A stretch of 57,977 nucleotides of DNA from a virus. Lineage: Duplodnaviria > Caudoviricetes. Shown one piece after another: positions 51,783 to 57,977 of the stretch. Every line of letters begins with the position of its first letter. The stretch's first letter is position 1. A program made the position numbers and the translations under genes. The notes below the pieces were generated by a model that ran no database searches, was not told the DNA's origin, and saw nothing but the letters and a program-made list of their open reading frames with translations. The stretch is from positions 1-57,977 of the IMG/VR virus record IMGVR_UViG_3300042527_000500; one strand, 5' to 3'.

Positions 51783-52046
51783 TCATATCAGATTTACTCC
51801 GTAGTTGCTAGACTGAAACCTATCGTCACTCATCTCCGGTTCGTCACAAGGTTCGATCATGATCGAGATTCCGTTGTGTGCAGTGAATACGTTGCGGTAG
51901 TCGCCGTCTTCCCAATCGGGCATATCGTTGCTCACTCCGTCCTGGCTCATCACCAGATTATCCGCATGGAACGTAGCCAGATCGAAGTTGCGAAAAGCCT
52001 TAACGCTAATCACCCGGTCGTGCTGAACCATCAGTACCAGATACAT
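51783..52046 (-). CDS. hypothetical protein
   Basis: 87 aa; AGGAG SD; promoter 52071-52099. Confidence 0.65.
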   Translation of the reverse strand: MYLVLMVQHDRVISVKAFRNFDLATFHADNLVMSQDGVSNDMPDWEDGDYRNVFTAHNGISIMIEPCDEPEMSDDRFQSSNYGVNLI

Positions 52047-52070
52047 AACCTCTCTCCTGTTGCTGCTTTG

Positions 52071-52099
52071 ATTCTACAGTACATTATCGGCAGTGTCAA
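52071..52099 (-). promoter_or_regulatory. nested promoter
   Basis: TTGACA-17-TAGAAT; TAAA-17-GCCGATAA. Confidence 0.8.
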
Positions 52100-52119
52100 G
52101 AGGGTTTCTTTAAAAAATC

Positions 52120-52199
52120 CTAAGTGGTTGATAGATAAGAGTTTACGTCAAATCCGGCCGCCCCGGTTCTCTCTAAAGTCTTACGCTTCAATACTTTAG
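52120..52199. repeat. 80-bp dyad element, copy 8
   Basis: TAAGTGGTTGATA is a perfect IHF-like site on the minus strand. Confidence 0.9.
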
Positions 52200-52296
52200 A
52201 TACCACCAGTAGCAATCGGCACAAAAACTCCAAAAAACCTCGTGCTTATCTAGCATATAGCACATTTCATTACAGTTACCACAATAGCAAACGTTA

Positions 52297-52832
52297 TCAA
52301 GAGTTTTCATAAACTAACTCCACATACTTGTTAACCAGTTCGCTGGTACCAATCTCATGTAGTCCAATCAACTCTTTGGCCTTATCTACATGTTTTTGGC
52401 TCGTTGTCATCATACGAGAGTTAAAAAAGTTGATAACATAAATCATAGCCTGTTCCCTAGTCATAGTCTTAGGGTCAGCACTAATCAAATCTTTGAAGTT
52501 TTTAGCCATCATTATTCCTCGTAAAATCCAACACGCCCCTCAGTTGTCCAGATTTCCCTGCCATCCTTAGATACCATTAGTCGTGGATAATCGTCAGGAT
52601 AATCCTTTGCTGGTCGTTGCGGTTTTGGCTGTCCCTCATATGGCATCCACCACGGAGCATCCATACGATCTACTATACCGGGAGTTTCTTCACAAATCAA
52701 GATATGTTCACTTACTGGATCGTCCTTATGAATCTCATATCTTCCCTGCCACACCCCAATATACTCGCCAAAGTAATAAACCTTCTGTCCGTTGATAGGG
52801 CGACGAGGCCCGAAAAAACTAATCCATTCCAT
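52297..52832 (-). other. two small CDS (52297-52512; 52512-52832, DUF551-like MEWIS..P..GQKV)
   Basis: ORF track. Confidence 0.55.
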
Positions 52833-53090
52833 ACCTATTCCTTTTGCAGATAATACTCTGGCATAATAGAACCATTTTTAGGACACACTACCAGTTTTGG
52901 CATTTGAAGGCCAAACGGCTCATGCATCACTTCGTTTGCCGCCTCATGCCACCCTATATGGGTTTCAGCAAAGTTTGGCAAAGAATACTTCTGTAGAAAA
53001 TCCCCAAACTCAAAATACGTTTCATCCTGCCAGTAGGCGAAGATAGCCTTTCATTTGATCATCGTTCATCATGGTTCTCCTTATGCTGCT

Positions 53091-53118
53091 ATTCTACCAC
53101 TATTATCGGTATTGTCAA
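53091..53118 (-). promoter_or_regulatory. nested promoter
   Basis: TTGACA-16-TAGAAT; TCAA-17-ACCGATAA. Confidence 0.8.
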
Positions 53119-53147
53119 GCGATATTCTTGAAAAAATCTTTTGTGTT

Positions 53148-53227
53148 ACAAGTCTTTATGACGTAAGAGTTTACGTCAAACGCTGGCGGCGGGCCTTGGC
53201 GTAAAGTGTTACGCTTCAAGGCTTTAC
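53148..53227. repeat. 80-bp dyad element, copy 9
   Basis: CAAGTCTTT-N7-AAGAGTTTACGTCAAA..GTAAAGTGTT-N7-AAGGCTTTAC; contains the upstream stop. Confidence 0.9.
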
Positions 53228-54392
53228 GTTTTATGACCAAAAGCCATATCGTATGCTTCCTCAATCTTTTCCAAAACCCTGTTTTGCATCTTTACAAACT
53301 GAGCATGATTGCCCCATGAAACACCAGAGTCAATATGTTCATGAACAATACTAAGCAGATAATCAAGTTCAACCTTAGTTAGTTCAAGAGTTTCAGTTTT
53401 CATCACCAACCCTCCGGCATAGGAATCTCATCAAAACCAATATAGCATATAACTTGTTCTTCATCAAGAGGAACCCATGTCTTCTCTCTGCCTGTATGCC
53501 ATTTACCCCATGCTCCATCATGCCAATCGGTAACGACAGGATATCGATAGCCAATCACACAACAAAGATATTGTCCTTCCCCAATAGGATTACCATAATG
53601 CCAGTTCATTTTGCCCTCGTAATAATCAAACACATTGTACCAGTATCACTATCGGTAAATCTCACAGTCTCATGAGGCCCATAATACCAAGCATCATTCT
53701 TTGAGAAGTTGAATACAACCTCATCAGTTGTGAGTTGAGTATCATTATACCCACCCTCATACCCAAGAGTCAATACCCGCATATCACCCGGATAGTTCTT
53801 CAACTGCTCAATCAGTTCGGAAACGGTCATTGTTCCTCTCCCTCCCATCTCTGCTCTTCCCTCTCCATCATCTTCTCAAAAATAGTTTGCCAAATCTCAA
53901 ATGGCACTATTTCTTTGAGAGGGACAGTCTTTTCTTCTTTCATTTCATTTTCCATAATCTATCTCCCATCATCCCTATAAAGCATCCACCAAGACGCAGG
54001 CATATAGCCTTCGTTAGCAAGTCGTGTGCTATGTTCTCTGGTTTCACCACACGCTCTCCAACATAAATAACGAATCTCCCAAGTATTATTCTCAGGAAAC
54101 TGCGGAAATGTCCAATATGGATCACTCATTCTTCATCCTCCGGCGGAAACAGTGTATTCCAATGATTAGGGCTAATACCAGACAACAGAATCTCACGATC
54201 ATCCGCACTAAGATGCGGAAAACAGTTTTGGATACTCTCACCGTTAATCCAGCGATTAGCATCGCTCAGTTTGGTAGTGATACTGAACGGATGATTATCG
54301 AACAGACACTCTCCAGAGAAAGTAACATCTTGTCCGTCAGCACTAACGCTACGAGTAACCCTGTCAGAAAACGCAAATCGTGTTCCAAGCAT
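53224..54392 (-). other. cassette of small CDS (53224-53409, 53403-53633, 53606-53830, 53959-54129, 54126-54392)
   Basis: Coupled ORFs; 54126-54392 has WINGESIQNCFPHLSADDREILLSG. Confidence 0.6.
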
Positions 54393-54414
54393 CTTCGTCT
54401 CTCCTTGTGCTACC

Positions 54415-54443
54415 ATTCTACACTCCTATTATCGGTTTGTCAA
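54415..54443 (-). promoter_or_regulatory. nested promoter
   Basis: TTGACA-17-TAGAAT; TAAA-17-ACCGATAA. Confidence 0.8.
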
Positions 54444-54463
54444 TAGGCTTTTCTTTAAGAATC

Positions 54464-54543
54464 CTAAGTTGGTGCAGTATAAGACTTTACGACAAATCCG
54501 GCCGCGGCAGTTTGCCCTAAACTCTTACAGCGTAAGCATTTAG
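54464..54543. repeat. 80-bp dyad element, copy 10
   Basis: CTAAGTTGGT-N7-AAGACTTTAC..GGCCGCGG..CTAAACTCTT-N7-AAGCATTTAG. Confidence 0.9.
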
Positions 54544-54767
54544 AGCGAACCCCTTATATTGTACCAGCGGAATCTTTTACGCCCCGATTCCTATAACCCA
54601 CACGGCTACCCATTGTCTGGACCGGATGGAAACCGCCCACGGAAACCTTCCTAAGATTGGTCATGAATCAATCTATCTGGCTCTTGGTGACGATTACTGA
54701 TTGTATTTTAGATAGGCCGGGACACACATACGATGGAGCGCCCAGTTACTCCGCCTATCATTTGTAT

Positions 54768-54911
54768 TGGAGAGGTTATCGGGATTCAAACCCGCCGTTA
54801 CATTATTAGCATACTAAAACCATGGTTCATATGCTAATAGGTTCACGTATCTGTTCGGTATATTTATCAAAAAGTTTGATCAGAACCCTTTGGGAACTAC
54901 CTTATAACCCC
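54768..54911 (-). ncRNA. 144-nt tRNA-like RNA (array unit)
   Basis: GGGGTTA/TAACCTC acceptor, U8A9, CGGG-TTTGAAT-CCCG, U73-CCA; inner TATTAGCATA/TATGCTAATA. Confidence 0.65.
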
Positions 54912-54920
54912 GTATTGTAT

Positions 54921-55058
54921 TGGAACGTATGTCGGGAATCCAACCCGATAGAGAGCAGCATAAGCCTTCCCATAGTCTAGGTCGGCAACCCCGTACACCT
55001 CTTAGATGCAGACGCTGTTTGCTGGACTATCTCTCTAGTAGCGGCAACTACCATACGC
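54921..55058 (-). ncRNA. 138-nt tRNA-like RNA (array unit)
   Basis: GCGTATG/CATACGT acceptor, GTAG/CTAC arm, TAGAGAG/CTCTCTA long arm, TCGGG-TTGGATT-CCCGA, U73-CCA. Confidence 0.65.
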
Positions 55059-55692
55059 AAGTTTGTATTGTCAATGCGGTGGGATTTTACCCACACTGCC
55101 CTATGGCGGTCTAACGGACGGTTGTGGTAGTACTCCCGCCAACCGCTGGCTGCTTAACGCTTAACCTACGCATTATGTTTATGACTAGACAGGCTCCTTC
55201 CTGCAACTTTCCCAGTGTGGCGATTCTTTTACACCTCTTGGCGAGTTCTCTCGTCTAGTCTTTGTATTGAAGCGGGAGTCACGCCTATCCCGCATCCCCT
55301 TTATATTATAAGTCAACCATGGCCTTATTATGTCCAATGATTGAACTGTCTACGAACTAGAGCATTTCTCTCTAGCAAGGGTTTCGCCGCCAGCGTCCCG
55401 GCGGGTTGTATTGTTAGGGACGGATGGATTCGTTTTGGGTTGTCAACAGTGTGCTATCACCTCGACCCACCACTTGACCATCTACTTCACTGCCCGCCTC
55501 CCCATCATAGCAGACGGTTTGGCATTGAGGAGTTGCTCACGCAACCTAGCAGTCCCTTTTGTTTTGTCAATGATCGTTATTTCCGTTTACTCTTAGCCAA
55601 GGCTTTGTGTCGCGTCGCGGCTAGACCGATTTTTATAGTTACCTGCCGCACGGAACAACACGGCTGAGTAAGCAACTGTAATCAACTCTTGT

Positions 55693-55721
55693 ATTCTACA
55701 CTCCTATTATCGTCCTGTCAA
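55693..55721 (-). promoter_or_regulatory. nested promoter driving the RNA array
   Basis: TTGACA-17-TAGAAT; TCAA-17-GACGATAA. Confidence 0.8.
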
Positions 55722-55751
55722 GCACTGTTCCTTGAAAAAATCTTTTTTGAT

Positions 55752-55831
55752 GCAAGTCCTTATGGATCAAGAGTTTGCGCCGAACCCGGCCGCGGCGGTT
55801 TGCCCTAAACTCTTGGTAGTCAAGAACTTAG
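55752..55831. repeat. 80-bp dyad element, copy 11
   Basis: GCAAGTCCTT-N7-AAGAGTTTGC..CTAAACTCTT-N7-AAGAACTTAG. Confidence 0.9.
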
Positions 55832-55846
55832 AGCGAACCTTTCCGT

Positions 55847-56329
55847 TTAGGCTTCTATCTCATCATCCTCAAAGAACTCTTCTAGATTATAGTCTTCCCA
55901 AATCCTTACAGGAATACTACCTTTATCAGCATACTCAGTATAAAGATCGTCGCCATCATGCCAGATACCACAAAAACACATACCCGGCTCAAAATAGGTA
56001 GCATCCACACTAAAACCCAACTTATCCAACTCCTCATACAATCCAACAGGAGGAGCCCAAGCACTATCAAACGAACAAGTCACTTGATTTCCAACTCTAG
56101 TAGCCTTCAGCCCATGCCATTCTTCTTTTTCTGTACCAACATCAGCACCAATATCCCACTTAGTTCCCCAGTTATTTATGCACCAATCATACCATCCATC
56201 ACCAATACCTTCGGGCATAGGCAGAAACTCATTACAAGCCTTACCAGCATTGTAAGCGTTCACAAATCGGTCAACCATAGCACCATCTTCATGCTCAACG
56301 GTCAACTTGTTCAAACACCAGTTTGGCAT
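55847..56329 (-). CDS. DUF1281/YubB ferredoxin-like domain protein
   Basis: MPNWCLNKL, WYDWCINNWGTKWD, FDSAWAPP, YFEPGMCFCG. Confidence 0.85.
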   Translation of the reverse strand: MPNWCLNKLTVEHEDGAMVDRFVNAYNAGKACNEFLPMPEGIGDGWYDWCINNWGTKWDIGADVGTEKEEWHGLKATRVGNQVTCSFDSAWAPPVGLYEELDKLGFSVDATYFEPGMCFCGIWHDGDDLYTEYADKGSIPVRIWEDYNLEEFFEDDEIEA

Positions 56330-56336
56330 ATTTTCC

Positions 56337-56743
56337 TCAGTTATTGCAGGGAATAGACTTTTCCACACACTTTTCCAACATCTTTTTCATAATCAACCCA
56401 TGAAAGATTCTCTCGGCCATCATAATAGTCTCAGCCCGCACAGTAGCAGGCACAGACCGCATTTCGGCCACACCCACAATCGTTTGGGTAAATACCATGA
56501 TTTCGGCCATCATCTTATCATGTTCGGTCGCACAAGCAATCATTTTTCTTTCCTTATGATTTCAATATCCACCACCGGAAACCAACCACTCCAACCATCT
56601 TGAATGTTTCTCAAAAGAATAGCCGCTTCTCCCTGCCAGCACGGTGCTTCCTTTTCTTCCTGCTCAACTTCCCACAAGCCAGGATGTCGTTTCAAACGCT
56701 CTTTTGTCCACTTGCGAGCGTTCTGTTTTGCTTTCACTTCCAT
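56337..56743 (-). other. two small CDS (56337-56543, 56540-56743)
   Basis: ATGA-coupled ORFs. Confidence 0.55.
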
Positions 56744-56749
56744 AATGCG

Positions 56750-56778
56750 ATTCTACTACTTCTATTATCGGTTGTCAA
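56750..56778 (-). promoter_or_regulatory. nested promoter
   Basis: TTGACA-17-TAGAAT; CAAAGTTT..ACCGATAA. Confidence 0.8.
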
Positions 56779-56792
56779 GACCACAAACTTTG

Positions 56793-56830
56793 GCTGACTA
56801 CGCCCACGCCGCCCAAATCCGAAGGATTAC
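56793..56830. repeat. family-B element, copy 4
   Basis: GCTGACTAC-N12-CAAATCCGAAGGATTAC. Confidence 0.8.
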
Positions 56831-56919
56831 GAGAGACAGGGCAGCCATAGTCACAAATCCTTTGGTTGGAATCATTAGATTTTTATTGTGACGGGTTTGC
56901 TTATTCCTATTCTCTCGAA

Positions 56920-56994
56920 TGACCCTATGGGGATTTGAACCCCAGTTTCAGCCGTGAAAGGGCCGCGTCCTAGGCCAGACTAGACGATAGGGCC
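56920..56994 (-). tRNA. tRNA-Glu(TTC)
   Basis: GGCCCTA..CT-TTC-AC..TGGGG-TTCAAAT-CCCCA-TAGGGTC-A. Confidence 0.92.
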
Positions 56995-57158
56995 ATCTAA
57001 CCGATTACTTTTTCTAACCAGATATAATCGCCATACTTATCACGAGCCTTATTATAAGCGTCATACTGGCTAAACGCAACAACATAACCAACAAAACGAT
57101 TATTTTGAAAAACACGCCATGAAAAGGCAGCATAGCAATATGAAGTATTCATCTCATC

Positions 57159-57187
57159 ATTCTACTAGATGATATCGGCATTGTCAA
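57159..57187 (-). promoter_or_regulatory. nested promoter
   Basis: TTGACA-17-TAGAAT; TAAAGTTT..GCCGATAT. Confidence 0.8.
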
Positions 57188-57195
57188 GCATAAAC

Positions 57196-57275
57196 TTTAG
57201 TCCTTATGCCATAAGACTTTATATCAAATCGGGCCGCCCACCATTGTCCTAAACTCTTATCCACAAACACTTTAG
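57196..57275. repeat. 80-bp dyad element, copy 12
   Basis: TTAGTCCTT-N7-AAGACTTTA..GGGCCGCCC..CTAAACTCTT-N7-AACACTTTAG. Confidence 0.85.
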
Positions 57276-57426
57276 GTCAACACAATATCATCCCCCGATA
57301 CATAATACTGATCGTCAGCATGATTCAATACAAGATACATAGGAGGATTAGTTTTATCCGATACGTCAATAATAATCACATCCTCATCCTGCATAATATC
57401 ATGAACAATATTGCCAATCTTATACA

Positions 57427-57894
57427 TCATACCCTCTTATAAACTGTAGTGATAATATCTTGATTATTCTTATAGAACGTCCGCACCTTCACAGACGATT
57501 TAATCTGATCTTTCGGATACTTCTGAATATATTCCCAAGCATCCTTAATATGTTCGCTTGTCCAAATCCGGTCAACAAACTCACCAACCCGCACAGTAAA
57601 CGCAATATCAACAGTTCCGTTCTTGCTAATCACCAGAAACAAGAACACAATATGCTTCTGTTCATCAGTTATATCATGATACTTACTAGGGTCAATCCAT
57701 TGCAAGTCCTGTTGCTTTTTACATTCGACCAAACATCCCAACAAATCATTGGAATAATCATACAGAATATGGCTATCTCTTTTCCAGCCACTATTCCGTG
57801 TGAGAATATCATGAAGCATCTGCTCTTTTCCTCCCCTGCCTTTTAGGTTGATGGAAGAAATAGCCTCTACGTTGATACTGCTAATAGGACACAT
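57427..57894 (-). CDS. PD-(D/E)xK nuclease-like protein
   Basis: LYDY..LVECKKQ motif. Confidence 0.5.
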   Translation of the reverse strand: MCPISSINVEAISSINLKGRGGKEQMLHDILTRNSGWKRDSHILYDYSNDLLGCLVECKKQQDLQWIDPSKYHDITDEQKHIVFLFLVISKNGTVDIAFTVRVGEFVDRIWTSEHIKDAWEYIQKYPKDQIKSSVKVRTFYKNNQDIITTVYKRV

Positions 57895-57927
57895 GATTTC
57901 ACCAAGTGTGATTGGTTAGCAGTCGCC

Positions 57928-57956
57928 AATATACTGTCAGTATCGGGTTTTGTCAA
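57928..57956 (-). promoter_or_regulatory. nested promoter
   Basis: TTGACA-17-TATATT; TCAAG..CCCGATAC. Confidence 0.7.
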
Positions 57957-57977
57957 TAGAATGCTTGAGATTTTTCT

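Larger units (their letters stand above)
54554..55688 (-). ncRNA. polycistronic array of structured RNAs separated by (C)AATAYAA linkers
   Basis: No minus-strand ORF >=60 aa; about 10 linker copies; units closed by terminal stems; own promoter. Confidence 0.7.

Noticed and set aside
53940-54125. 61-aa ORF from the track
   Set aside because: The alternative frame 53959-54129 (MSDPYWTFPQFPENNTWEIRYLCW..) has ATGA coupling and is more plausible.
55622-55650. Resemblance of GCGGCAGGTAACTATAAAAATCGGTC to 23S rRNA helix 69
   Set aside because: The match is short, needs gaps and does not preserve the H69 stem; probably chance.
54554-55688. Linker array as a CRISPR or mini-CRISPR array; plus-strand ORFs 54920-55114, 55341-55667 and 55411-55596 as genes
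   Set aside because: The repeat is only 7-8 nt and the intervals vary from about 30 to 145 nt and are self-structured. The ORFs are antisense to the promoter and lack SD motifs and protein-like features.
44296-57275. 80-bp repeats as a CRISPR array or integron attC sites
   Set aside because: Copies are degenerate and about 0.8-1.5 kb apart, with genes and promoters between them. There are no RYYYAAC/GTTRRRY ends and no cas or integrase gene in the window.
1-57977. Genome-wide stop-codon reassignment
   Set aside because: Conserved genes are intact under table 11, and TGA stops overlap the next start codon (531-534, 6963-6966, 17877-17880, 22668-22671, 28584-28587).

Overview
Segment of a large tailed dsDNA phage genome, almost entirely transcribed on the minus strand. 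No capsid, tail or terminase genes are recognisable here. Two Cys-rich secreted proteins of planctomycete style suggest a Planctomycetota host (inference). 1-24 kb holds DNA metabolism, repair and translation genes: ruvB, a Zn-ribbon/RuvA-CTD fusion, a RepB-type primase, rIIA/rIIB, an Ogg-like glycosylase, DNA ligase, EndoVII/HNH nucleases, uvsE, thyX, tmRNA, tilS next to tRNA(CAU), and AT-rich glycosyltransferase-like genes. 24-43 kb is dense with small hypothetical genes. 44-58 kb is a more GC-rich, cassette-like (probably early) region. Main observations: (i) a 1.1-kb promoter-driven array of ~10 different structured RNAs separated by a CAATACAA linker, several built on tRNA-like scaffolds (54.55-55.69 kb); (ii) twelve copies of an ~80-bp four-box dyad element bounding gene cassettes; (iii) about 30 sigma70-type promoters, most interleaved with a sigma28 (FliA/WhiG)-like promoter; (iv) a Gly-type tRNA with a UCA (opal) anticodon although TGA is still used as a stop, plus rare Ile(UAU) and Ser(ACU) tRNAs. 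All calls come from manual reading and motif recognition; no database searches were run.
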